DNA of 64,000 bases, from positions 154,246-218,245 of the forward strand of contig CAWBXZ010000001.1 in the NCBI GenBank assembly GCA_963792855.1. Direction: 5' to 3'. Position numbers and translations under genes: made by a program. Source of the stretch: an uncultured beta proteobacterium. GTDB lineage: Bacteria; Pseudomonadota; Gammaproteobacteria; Burkholderiales; Eutrophovitaceae. Of the stretch, positions 30,951 through 40,087 are shown one piece after another (positions within the stretch are counted from its first letter, which is position 1; every line of letters starts with the position of its first letter). The notes beneath the pieces were generated by a model. The model searched no databases. It was not told the DNA's origin and saw only the letters and a program-made list of their open reading frames with translations.

Positions 30951-31937
30951 GTGCTCCCAATTCGCCCTGTAATGCTGTGCGGTGCCGCGCGAACTGGCGG
31001 TGTTGTCAGGCGGTTGCTCGCCCTGGCAACGGTGATGGTGCTTGCCGCCTGCGCAACCCAACGGGAACCGGTTGTGGTGCCCGAGCCCGAACCGGTCGTA
31101 ATTCCGGAGCCGCGTATTGCGCTGGTTCTGGGAGGCGGCGCGGCAAAGGGTTTTGCCCATGTCGGTGTCATCAAGGCGCTTGAAGCGCACGATTTTTTTC
31201 CGGACATCGTTGTCGGCACCAGCGCGGGCAGCGTTGTAGGGTCCTTGTACGCGGCCGGTTATGACGGCTTCGAGCTGCAGCGTATTTCTCTTTCAATGAA
31301 CGAGGATGCGGTGAGAGATTGGGTACTACCCAATCGCGGCTTCATTCGCGGCGATTCGCTGCAGGCCTTTATCAACGAGGCCGTTCAGAACCGCCCGATA
31401 CAGGTTCTGAATCGCAAGCTCGCCGTTGTTGCAACCGACCTGCAGACGGGTGAGCCGATGGTGTTTCAGAGCGGCAACACCGGTATGGCGGTGCGCGCGT
31501 CAAGCAGCGTTCCGGGAATATTTCAACCGGTAAAGATCGGTACGCGCGAATATGTCGACGGCGGGCTGGTCAGTCCGGTGCCGGTCAAGATAGCCCGTGG
31601 ATTGGGAGCCGACATCGTAATCGCGGTAAACATCTCCGAAATTCCGCAGCAAAACAAGGTCAGCGACACATTCGGGATACTTTTGCAAACATTCACGATC
31701 ATGGGGCATGTGATCGCCCGGCAGGAGTTAAAGGAAGCTGATGTCGTGATTTCCCCGGACATCCGCGAATTGAAGTCGACCAGCTTCGATTCCAGGAATT
31801 ACGCGATCATCGAAGGGGAGAAAGCGGGCCTGGCCGCAATTCCGCAGGTGCAGGGCGCGATCGATGCGTTCAAGGCCGCACAAACCGCTGCGGCTTCAAC
31901 AACCGCGCAAGCGGCGGAGCAAGAACAAACGCCCTAG
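30951..31937 (+). CDS. Patatin-like phospholipase, probable lipoprotein
   Basis: Lipobox LAAC, GGGAAKG, GTSAG, DGG. Start uncertain. Confidence 0.9.
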   Translation: MLPIRPVMLCGAARTGGVVRRLLALATVMVLAACATQREPVVVPEPEPVVIPEPRIALVLGGGAAKGFAHVGVIKALEAHDFFPDIVVGTSAGSVVGSLYAAGYDGFELQRISLSMNEDAVRDWVLPNRGFIRGDSLQAFINEAVQNRPIQVLNRKLAVVATDLQTGEPMVFQSGNTGMAVRASSSVPGIFQPVKIGTREYVDGGLVSPVPVKIARGLGADIVIAVNISEIPQQNKVSDTFGILLQTFTIMGHVIARQELKEADVVISPDIRELKSTSFDSRNYAIIEGEKAGLAAIPQVQGAIDAFKAAQTAAASTTAQAAEQEQTP

Positions 31938-31952
31938 GTTATTAGGCGATCG

Positions 31953-31983
31953 CTTTGCAGACCTGTCCCGGCGGTCTGCAAAG
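31953..31983. terminator. Stem-loop between convergent genes
   Basis: CTTTGCAGACC-N9-GGTCTGCAAAG. Confidence 0.6.
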
Positions 31984-32027
31984 ACAACCCGGCCGCGCAG
32001 GCTTCCTCAAGCCAGTGCTCCGATTGG

Positions 32028-33773
32028 CTATTTCTGGACCGTGTGTTCCTGCGTAAACAGATGCACGTCGCGCTGCGGGAACGGAATCGAGATGCCTTCG
32101 CGGTCGAAGCGCAACTTGACCTCCCGGGTGATGGCCCAGTAGGTGTCCCAGTAGTCCTCGGTCTTTACCCAGGGGCGCACGACGAAATTGACGGATGATT
32201 CCCCCAGTTCGTGCAAACGGATGATCGCCTCGGGTTCGTCGAGAACCTTCTCGTTGGCAGCCACGATTTCCTTCAGAACACGCTCGGCTTTTTCGATATC
32301 GTCGGAATAGGAAATGCCGAATACCAGGTCGACGCGACGTGTCGCCTCGCTGGTGAGGTTCTTGATGATGTTCTGCCAGACCTGATTGTTCGGCACCACC
32401 AGCGTCTGGTTGTCGAACGTGAGCACAGTGGTGTTGACCAGGCTCATGTGGCGAACGGTGCCGAATGCGCCGTTGACATCGACCACATCACCGACGTCGA
32501 ACGGCCGGTAGATCAGAATCATCAACCCGGATGCGAAGTTGGATAAGGAATCCTGCAGCGCAAAACCGATAATGAACCCGGCGATGCCCAGACCGGCCAG
32601 CAGCGGGCCGAGGGAGATGCCAAGCTGCGAAAGACCGATCAACAGCCCCAGCACCAGAATGACGCTTCGCGTTGCTGAAACGATCATGCGCTGGAGCAAC
32701 TGCGTCAGGCTAACTTGCATCGAGCCGAGCGCGCGTTTGGTTACCATTTCGCCGAGTGCGGCCACTTTCCAGGCAATGGCGAGAATGATAAGGAAGATGA
32801 AGAACTGGAAGGTGATGCGGGCACCGTTGTCCGCCATCCAGCCGGTAATGCCGTCGAAGAAATCGGTAGCGATTCCGGTGACCACGTTCAGATCGAAGAT
32901 CTCGGTCGTGATCGCTCCGGTTGCCGCGATTAGCTGGGCGTTGAACGTTGACGAGTCCAGCCCCAGTTCGTCCATTCTCTTGGCACGCTTGCGCAGAATG
33001 TCCGCAATCGCCAGCATGTGCTTTTCCGTTACCGCAATCTTGGCGATGAGTTCCTCGTTTTTCGGCAAGGTTGCCAGTTGCCTGCGCAGCTTGTTGAGCT
33101 GGTCCATGGTGACATCAAGATAAGCAGAGGCATTTTCCCCGCCACGAACGACTTGCCTCCTGACAGATGCTTCGGTGGCACGGGTATCCATGCCCATGTC
33201 AGCGGCGATCGTGTTGTTCGCAATCAGCGCATCAATCAGTTTGTCGTGTGCCCTTGCCGATACCTCGAGATCGGCAATCAATGCGGCTTGTTCCAGCGCG
33301 GTTTGGCTCGGCCTGGGCAGTTCAAGGCCACGCTGGATGTACGAGAGTTGTTTTCCAATATGGTCGGGCAGGGTATCCAACAGCGAGACGATCTCGACGC
33401 CTGATGTGCTCGTGTCGCTACCTTCGGGTCGATCAGCGACATAGTTTTTTGCCGTCGTATGTACCAGCGTGATCAACTGATCGAGTGCGCGCGAGACACG
33501 CGCGTCAAGAATCGCCTGGCGCGCGCCTTCTGCCGCCGTCCGCGCCGCGGTCAATTCGTTCAGTGCTGCCTGGTATTCGGCAATTTGCGCCAGATTCGCA
33601 GCCAGTTTTTCCCTTGCCTGGTCTTGCGCGGCGGAATCGGAAGCAACGGATGAAGCCGTGGAATCAGCTGCGTTGTTCTCCTGAGCCTGTGCAATGGGGC
33701 AAATTGCAATTGCGGCGGCGATCAGGGCGGCGAAACGCCAATGGCGAATGCTGGGTGCGGATATCCGAATCAT
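32028..33773 (-). CDS. MscS-family mechanosensitive channel with a large periplasmic N-terminal domain
   Basis: Signal peptide, GFALQDSLSNFASG, RPFDVGD, VPN, ISIPFPQ. Confidence 0.9.
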   Translation of the reverse strand: MIRISAPSIRHWRFAALIAAAIAICPIAQAQENNAADSTASSVASDSAAQDQAREKLAANLAQIAEYQAALNELTAARTAAEGARQAILDARVSRALDQLITLVHTTAKNYVADRPEGSDTSTSGVEIVSLLDTLPDHIGKQLSYIQRGLELPRPSQTALEQAALIADLEVSARAHDKLIDALIANNTIAADMGMDTRATEASVRRQVVRGGENASAYLDVTMDQLNKLRRQLATLPKNEELIAKIAVTEKHMLAIADILRKRAKRMDELGLDSSTFNAQLIAATGAITTEIFDLNVVTGIATDFFDGITGWMADNGARITFQFFIFLIILAIAWKVAALGEMVTKRALGSMQVSLTQLLQRMIVSATRSVILVLGLLIGLSQLGISLGPLLAGLGIAGFIIGFALQDSLSNFASGLMILIYRPFDVGDVVDVNGAFGTVRHMSLVNTTVLTFDNQTLVVPNNQVWQNIIKNLTSEATRRVDLVFGISYSDDIEKAERVLKEIVAANEKVLDEPEAIIRLHELGESSVNFVVRPWVKTEDYWDTYWAITREVKLRFDREGISIPFPQRDVHLFTQEHTVQK

Positions 33774-34037
33774 GTGTGGTGTTCCCGGGTTACTGTGACG
33801 GTGGGCGGAGTGCCTGTAAGCCTCCAGCCTTACCGCTATATCGCAAAAAAGCAGGCACGTAAATTATTCGTGTCGTTGCTGCCCGCCAGGAAATGACGCC
33901 GGGCCGGAATCTAGCAGATTTGACTGCGTCTGCACACGCCAAATTTGAGGTGATGGCCAGCTCCAACGCATCCCTGGTGCGGCCAACGGACCGAGAGCCG
34001 AACGGGTTACCGTGCGTATTCTCATTGGCGGGACGGC

Positions 34038-35024
34038 GTGAGACTCCAAAAAAATGCTAAGCTTTCCGCTCCGATGATTTGTGTAAGGAAGAGAGTCCGA
34101 TTGCGACTGATCCATACCTTTGCCGTTGCCTTGGTTTGCATGATTCAGGGATGCGCCACCTCGCAGCCACACCTGCCGCCGGTGACGGACACACCAACCG
34201 GGAACAGAGAGACTGGCAAGATCATCTGGCATGATCTGATTACGCATACGCCTGAGGCGTCGAAACGGTTTTATCGGGAACTGTTCGGATGGGAGTTCGA
34301 GGACCTGGGGCTGGACTTCGGTTTCGGCCGCACCGTAAATTACACACTGATTCGTAATCGGGGTGAGTTGGTCGGCGGTATGGTGGATGCAAATCTGCTG
34401 GGCCGTCCTAATCCGGAGCAATTGTCGCAGTGGGTTGTGGCGATGTCGGTGGACGATCTTGAGGCGGCTGTCGCAACCGCGATGGAGGGGGGTGGCAAGG
34501 TACTCACACCGTCGACGGATGTCGGCGAGCGGGGGAAGATCGCGCTGATCGAAGACAATCAGGGTGCCACGCTTGTCTTATTGCAGACGCGGCATGGCGA
34601 TCCGGGTAATGAAGATCTCCAATTAGGCAGTTTTCTCTGGGACGAAGTATGGACCGGGGATATCGAGAGTTCGATTTCTTTTTATGCCGGAATTGCGAAA
34701 CTCGAGGTGAGCACAATTGCCATGGCAAACGGGTCCGCCTATCAATACATGGGCAGCGCCGGAAGAGCGCGTTTCGGATTCTTGCAAACGCCCATCGAGA
34801 ACTTGCCACCGACCTGGACGAGCTACTTGCGGGTGAAGGAACCGGCCGCAGTCGTGGCGCGAGTCCCTGGCCTGGGCGGGCGCGTGTTGGTGCCCTTGCG
34901 AAACAGGGGTGAGTCGGAACAGGTCGCGTTGATCGCCGGGCCTTCGGGGGCGGGTATCGCGATTCAGACATGGTCGGATCCGGGCGAAATCGAAGGGCAG
35001 CAACCCGCATCGGCCCGGCAATGA
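34038..35024 (+). CDS. VOC/glyoxalase-family protein, probable lipoprotein
   Basis: IQGC; two VOC repeats (WHDLIT..FYRELFGW and WDEVWT..FY). The real start is probably downstream (~34101). Confidence 0.8.
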   Translation: MRLQKNAKLSAPMICVRKRVRLRLIHTFAVALVCMIQGCATSQPHLPPVTDTPTGNRETGKIIWHDLITHTPEASKRFYRELFGWEFEDLGLDFGFGRTVNYTLIRNRGELVGGMVDANLLGRPNPEQLSQWVVAMSVDDLEAAVATAMEGGGKVLTPSTDVGERGKIALIEDNQGATLVLLQTRHGDPGNEDLQLGSFLWDEVWTGDIESSISFYAGIAKLEVSTIAMANGSAYQYMGSAGRARFGFLQTPIENLPPTWTSYLRVKEPAAVVARVPGLGGRVLVPLRNRGESEQVALIAGPSGAGIAIQTWSDPGEIEGQQPASARQ

Positions 35025-35070
35025 TTTTTGTCGTCAGGTTTTCCGTCGAATGCAGTGATGAGGGAAGGGG

Positions 35071-35250
35071 ATGAAGCCTAAAGTGATTCAGCGGCTCTCA
35101 CAGTGGCTCGTTTTTGCGATTCTGTTGAGCCACGTGACGGCCTGCGATAACGCCCGAGTGTACGGCAGTATCGGCGTGTCCAGCTACGGCGGTTCAGTCG
35201 GTGGCAGCCGGGTGGGAGGCAGTATCTCCATAGGCGGCAGGATTCGCTGA
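35071..35250 (+). CDS. 59-aa Gly/Ser-rich lipoprotein (absent from the ORF track)
   Basis: MKPKVIQRLSQWLVFAILLSHVTACDNARVYGSIGVSSYGGSVGGSRVGGSISIGGRIR*; purine-rich RBS and lipobox VTAC. Confidence 0.75.
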   Translation: MKPKVIQRLSQWLVFAILLSHVTACDNARVYGSIGVSSYGGSVGGSRVGGSISIGGRIR

Positions 35251-35723
35251 ACATCTTGTGATCGGCGCCGGCATTGCGCGTGGAGCTGCGGCGAGTGTCC
35301 TCGAGCGAAGCGCTTTCTCTACGGCGCGTAGCCCAAACGATGCCTGAGAGGACCGCGTGGCATCTGGATGTCTATTGCTGTCTCGTCCTTGTGCAAAGAA
35401 CATCGGCTTGCGCCTGTGCATGAGTGGCTGGAAATACGAATGCGAAGCAATGGGCTTTCTTCCATTCTCTTTTGCCGCAGCGCGTCTTTACATCTGCTCC
35501 CCGAGGATATAACGTGAGTTTTCGTGTTTCGGGCGCGACAAGTCGAAAGTGCGGCTACATGGCGAGACCCGCGGTTTTTCCGCGGAAGTCGAGATACACG
35601 ACATTGTGCTCAAACGTCCAATGATGGCAGCGCCACTGAGTCTCTCGGAAGGGAGGCGCCGTGTGGATTCATTTCACGGTTCTTCCCTGGTTTTTCAAGA
35701 AAACATGACGGAGGGAAGATGCA

Positions 35724-37247
35724 ATGAGCGAAAGGCCTGCAGGTTGGTTGTCAGATCGTGAACTGGAAGAAGTATCGCCGGCGGACAAGTTTGCATTCCG
35801 CTCCCCGGTGCCGACCCAGATCGTTTCCAACGGCGAGTACAACCCGCCACCACAAACCGAAAAGCAGCGTCAGGTCGAAGGCCTGATTAACGAGTACAGC
35901 GAAAAATTTGCCAGGCATCAGGGAGTTGATCGGCGCAAGTTCCTCGCGTCGGCATCCGGTTTTGCTGCTGCTTTCCTCGCGATGAACAAGGTCTACGGTC
36001 CGATTTGGGACGTTTCCGAGGCCGAAGCCGCCGATCGGGATATGGCCAACGAGCGTGCCAGCCGATTGTCCGGGCAATTCATATTTGACGACCAGACCCA
36101 CTTCGTGCGGGACGACTTCGACAAGGAGGGATTGCTTGGTCTTGGCAAGTATGCGCTCGAGCACTGGAACCCGGGCATGGCGGAGACGCCAATGACTCTG
36201 GCGCGCTACAAGTTCGAGAACTACCTGAAAGAGATCTACATGGACAGCGACACCAAGGTCGCGCTGCTGTCCAGCGCACCCTTCGATGACCCGAGCTGGT
36301 ATCTGCTGTTCAACGACCAGTTGCGTGACGCGCGCGGAGCTGTGAATTCCATTTCGGGTAGCCGCCGCATGCTGTCGCACTCGGTGGTTACGCCGGGCCA
36401 GGATGGCTGGATGGACGAAGTCGACAAGGCGATCGAGGAATACCGTCCGGACTCGTGGAAGGGTTATACCATCGGCGATCCGCTGTCGCCGAGTTCGAAA
36501 GGCACGGCCTGGCGCCTGGACGACGAAAAGCTGATGTATCCGTTCTACGAGAAAGCCGTCAAGGCGGGAATCAATACGATTTGTATCCACAAAGGCCTGT
36601 TGCCGGCCGATTACGAAAAGTCCTGGCCGGGTGTCTGGAAGCATGCCACCGTCGACGATCTGCCCAAGGCTGCGAAAGACTGGCCACAGATGAATTTCGT
36701 CATGTATCACGGCGCACTTCGGTTGTTCCTGGAAGACCCGGCGCAGGATCTCGCGCACTTCGAAAAGACCGGTGAAATCAAATGGGTGTCCGACCTTGCC
36801 AAGATGCGTGACAAGCACGGGTTGAACAACATTTACGGTGAACTCGGCACGACGTTCGCAACTTCGGCTGTCGCCAACCCGAGGTTCGCCGCGGCGGTTG
36901 TCGGTACGCTTGTCAACGGCCTCGGAGTTGATCGGGTTGTGTGGGGTACGGATTCGGTGTGGTACGGATCGCCGCAATGGCAGATCGAGGCTATGCGCCG
37001 ACTCGAGATTCCGGACGACATGATGAAGAAGCGGGGCTGGAAGACGCGCCTTGGGGATGCGACCAGCCTGGTCAAGACGGCCATTTTCGGTATTAACTCG
37101 GCGAACTTGTACAACTACGACATCACGGCTGATGTGATGCAAAAGCTCGGACAAGACAAGCTTGCCGGTATGAAGGCCGCTTACGAGAAAGAAGGTGTGG
37201 AACGCAATAACGCTTACTACGGCTACATTGGCAAGCGCACCGCCTGA
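35724..37247 (+). CDS. Amidohydrolase_2-family metalloprotein
   Basis: FDDQTH, WKGY, CIHKG, MYHG, VVWGTDSVW. Confidence 0.85.
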   Translation: MSERPAGWLSDRELEEVSPADKFAFRSPVPTQIVSNGEYNPPPQTEKQRQVEGLINEYSEKFARHQGVDRRKFLASASGFAAAFLAMNKVYGPIWDVSEAEAADRDMANERASRLSGQFIFDDQTHFVRDDFDKEGLLGLGKYALEHWNPGMAETPMTLARYKFENYLKEIYMDSDTKVALLSSAPFDDPSWYLLFNDQLRDARGAVNSISGSRRMLSHSVVTPGQDGWMDEVDKAIEEYRPDSWKGYTIGDPLSPSSKGTAWRLDDEKLMYPFYEKAVKAGINTICIHKGLLPADYEKSWPGVWKHATVDDLPKAAKDWPQMNFVMYHGALRLFLEDPAQDLAHFEKTGEIKWVSDLAKMRDKHGLNNIYGELGTTFATSAVANPRFAAAVVGTLVNGLGVDRVVWGTDSVWYGSPQWQIEAMRRLEIPDDMMKKRGWKTRLGDATSLVKTAIFGINSANLYNYDITADVMQKLGQDKLAGMKAAYEKEGVERNNAYYGYIGKRTA

Positions 37248-37264
37248 TCAGTCCAGGTGAATCC

Positions 37265-37300
37265 GAACGCCGGGGCGTTTTCTCCCCGGCGTTCTTTTTT
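37265..37300 (+). terminator. Intrinsic terminator
   Basis: GAACGCCGGGG-loop-CCCCGGCGTTC-TTTTTT. Confidence 0.85.
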
Positions 37301-37311
37301 CGGGGAAAGCA

Positions 37312-37596
37312 ATGAAACGCAATGCCGAAATACCTGGCCGCAGGCGTTTTCTGGGAAAATGCGCGGCCACATCCATGCTGCTGCCGTTCGCTGCGGCTGC
37401 GGTGGAAAGGCCAAAGCCAAAGGATCCGTTTCGCAAGCGCACGCGTGAAGAGGTCCAATATCAGGCTGAACCCTACCTCGGGAGAAGCTGTGCGCGATGC
37501 GTGCTTTACCAGGGAAACGGCGTTTGTGTCATTCTCGAAGGGGCCGTCAGTCCGGACGGTTGGTGCAATCAGTGGGTTCCGAATACGGCTGGATAA
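37312..37596 (+). CDS. Small high-potential iron-sulfur protein (HiPIP) with Tat signal
   Basis: RRRFL signal; VQYQ..CARC.LY..C..GAVSPDGWC..W. Confidence 0.85.
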   Translation: MKRNAEIPGRRRFLGKCAATSMLLPFAAAAVERPKPKDPFRKRTREEVQYQAEPYLGRSCARCVLYQGNGVCVILEGAVSPDGWCNQWVPNTAG

Positions 37597-37636
37597 GTTG
37601 TTCGCGTGCAATGCCGCGCGACCGGTTTCGGAAGAG

Positions 37637-38137
37637 AAGATGCCACCGCAATGGTGGCATTTTTGTTGGTCTAGGCGGCGGGATTGTGTCCGGCTCGCCT
37701 GATGGCGACCGGCCATCTCTCACTTCGTGAGAGACCGCCCTGCGGGCGTCCTGCGCGAGCAGTGCTCGCTGGTGTGTCCGGATCGCCGATGGCGATCCAG
37801 CCATCCCTCGCCGCATGCGGCTCAGGACCGCCAGTGCGCTGGCCGCGCATGGCGTCCCATCCGAAGTCCACTGGACTTCGGATGGTCGAACCCGAACGCG
37901 CGATCTCATCCACACCACCGTCACCAAACAAAAAAGCCACCGGGGGGGGCAGGGGTATGAGTGCGGCGGGATTGTGTCCGGCTCGCCTCATGGCGACCGG
38001 CCATCTCTCACTTTGTGAGAGACCGCCCTGCGGGCGTCCTGCGCGAGCAGTGCTCGCTGGTCGAACCCGAACGCGCGATCTCATCCACACCACCGTCCAC
38101 CAAACAAAAAAGCCACCCAGAGGGTGGCCTTTTTGTT
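37637..38137 (-). repeat. tmRNA-linked repeat array: copies of the ssrA 3' end interrupted by multi-hairpin modules, with terminator-like hairpins
   Basis: 37675-37773 equals 37963-38061 (99 bp, 2 mismatches); 37883-37941 equals 38058-38117 (1 indel); 37667-37684 mimics 38138-38155. Confidence 0.88.
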
Positions 38138-38143
38138 TGGTGG
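38095..38143 (-). terminator. ssrA terminator whose stem extends into the tmRNA 3' TCCACCA
   Basis: Minus strand TCCACCAAACAAAAAGGCCACC-CTCTG-GGTGGCTTTTTTGTTTGGTGGA. Confidence 0.8.
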
Positions 38144-38500
38144 AGGCGGCGGGAATCGAACCCGCGTCCGCAAGCCCTACACAGGCGGTACTACATGCTT
38201 AGTCTGGCCATTTGATTTAGTCGCATGACCGCCGACCGACAGGCTGAAATGCAACGAGTTACCTTGAATTTAATGCTGAACGAAGTAACCCCGGACAGCA
38301 CGATCTCACGTATATGGCTCCGCTGCTGGTTGCCCAGCCCGGCCCGTGAGAGAACCGGTGCGGAGTCAAGCCGGTATTAAGCGGCTAGAGCGTAACGTTC
38401 GTCGTTGGCGACTATACGTTTTCCAGCGGATTTACAAGGTGACTGGACCTTGGCATGCACCACACTGCTTCGCAACCCACGTCGAGACCAGGTCGCCCCC
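38138..38500 (-). ncRNA. ssrA: tmRNA (one-piece), tag ANDERYALAA at 38377-38409
   Basis: 5' GGGGGCGAC and 3' GGTTCGATTCCCGCCGCCTCCACCA, with a G3-U acceptor pair; tag reading frame ends ALAA-TAA. Confidence 0.97.
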
Positions 38501-38731
38501 TCAATCCCGGGCTGCTACCCAAGGTAACAGCCGCTAAATCAGGTATTTCGGTTTCAGTGTATCAGACACCGAAACAATTGCCGAGTTCAGTACCCCGGTG
38601 GGCCAAAAGAGGCAAACTCCGTGCAAGGCGACAGGCTCTTTGGCGCCCAGCTTGTCGTGTGCAACCGGTCTGGCCGCGGATACTGGCTCCATGGCGAGGC
38701 AACGGTTCCCGCCGGACGTTTCCGCGGTCAG

Positions 38732-39316
38732 TCAGAGCGCCAGCATCTCAAACAGCCTGTCGTCGTTGAGCATGTCGCTCAAAGCCTGTGACACCGCTTC
38801 ATTGACCAGCTGGTTACTGTGCTTTTCGAACGGTGGGCCGGCTGTTTCCTGGTAGCTGCGCACATAGTAACGGCGGTCGTACTGGTCATTGGCGTTACGT
38901 GCGGAGGCAGTGACTTCCGCCAGCAGTTCCGTCTGGAAGTTGAAGGGTGTTTTCTCCGAGTTCAGGACGAGGCTGGTGATTCTGATGACGAGCGAGCGGG
39001 TCATGGCATCGCTTGCCGGTACAACGCTGAAGCCGCGTTTCTCGACACTCTCGGTTACGCGTTCCGTCAGCAGCGGTATGAAGTCCTCGTCGAGGGTGAC
39101 GGGAACCATTTTATCGTTGGGATCGCCAACTTCACCCAGTAGTGTGCTGGGCCGGTCATCTACGATGGAAAGGGCGAGCAGCGTGTCGACTGCCACCGAA
39201 TCACCCGTCATTTCGATCTCCGGGTCCAGGTGCAGTCTTTGTGGTTTCAGTGCGCAGCCCTGAATCGACAGTGCAAGCAGTATCGCCAGAACGCTTGACC
39301 ATTTAATCGTTTTCAT
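38732..39316 (-). CDS. YajG-like lipoprotein
   Basis: Lipobox IQGC, VDDRP motif, C-terminal helix LVNEAVSQALSDMLND. Confidence 0.7.
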   Translation of the reverse strand: MKTIKWSSVLAILLALSIQGCALKPQRLHLDPEIEMTGDSVAVDTLLALSIVDDRPSTLLGEVGDPNDKMVPVTLDEDFIPLLTERVTESVEKRGFSVVPASDAMTRSLVIRITSLVLNSEKTPFNFQTELLAEVTASARNANDQYDRRYYVRSYQETAGPPFEKHSNQLVNEAVSQALSDMLNDDRLFEMLAL

Positions 39317-39364
39317 TTTGAAGTTCCTCCTGTGTTTGATTGCTACTGTTTGCTGGTTTCGTGT

Positions 39365-40063
39365 TTATCCGGGCTTCCGCGCGCACAGTATATAGTTGAC
39401 GGCGACATCTTTTCCCAAGAAGTAACGTTTGCTGATGGGGTTGTACTGCATGCCGATGGTGCCCTTGACCTCGAGCCCGGCAGATCGGCAATCGCCTGCA
39501 AGCTCGGATGGCCGGATGAATCTCGCGTAGTCATGCGTTCCCTTTGGCAGAAGCCCGAGCAAGTACTCTGCACCGATGATGGCATACACGTAGGCTTTCG
39601 GGGTCCGGCTAATCGTTGCGAAGATACAGCAGCCTTCCGGTTTTACCAGCCTGGCGCAAGCCCGGACGGTGCTCGCCGGATCCGGCACATGTTCAAGCAT
39701 TTCCATGCACGTTACTACATCGTATTGCTCTGCCTGCCGATCGGCAAACTCTTCAGCGGAAATGCGCTGGTAGTCGACAGGCAGTTTACTCTCGAGCAAG
39801 TGTAACTGGGCGACCTTGAGTGCTTTCTCGCCAAGGTCGATCCCGGTCACCTGAGCGCCGCGCCGCGCCATCGCCTCGGCGAGGATACCGCCGCCGCAGC
39901 CGACGTCGAGTACCCGCTTGCCTGGCAATTCGACCAGCGCATCGATGTAATCCAGCCGCAACGGGTTGATTTCGTGCAATGGCTTGAATTCGCTTGTGGG
40001 GTCCCACCAGCGATGCGCGAGTTGGCTGAATTTTTCCAGTTCCGCGGGATCAACGTTAATCAT
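39365..40063 (-). CDS. ubiG: Ubiquinone biosynthesis O-methyltransferase
   Basis: WWDP.SEFKPLH.INPLR, LDVGCGGG, CMEMLEHVPDP, LLPKGTH. Confidence 0.96.
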   Translation of the reverse strand: MINVDPAELEKFSQLAHRWWDPTSEFKPLHEINPLRLDYIDALVELPGKRVLDVGCGGGILAEAMARRGAQVTGIDLGEKALKVAQLHLLESKLPVDYQRISAEEFADRQAEQYDVVTCMEMLEHVPDPASTVRACARLVKPEGCCIFATISRTPKAYVYAIIGAEYLLGLLPKGTHDYARFIRPSELAGDCRSAGLEVKGTIGMQYNPISKRYFLGKDVAVNYILCARKPG

Positions 40064-40087
40064 GGCCGGTACAGTGCGACGAGGCGG

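Noticed and set aside
31950-38140. Genomic island or prophage integrated at ssrA
   Set aside because: There is no integrase or phage gene and no obvious composition shift. The only copies of the ssrA 3' end I found are within 500 bp of the gene.
37547-38215. ORFs called across the post-tmRNA repeats
   Set aside because: They are translations of GC-rich hairpin repeats with no protein-like features.
38138-38500. Two-piece (permuted) tmRNA as in some betaproteobacteria
   Set aside because: The acceptor 5' end, tag and 3' CCA are in the standard one-piece order.
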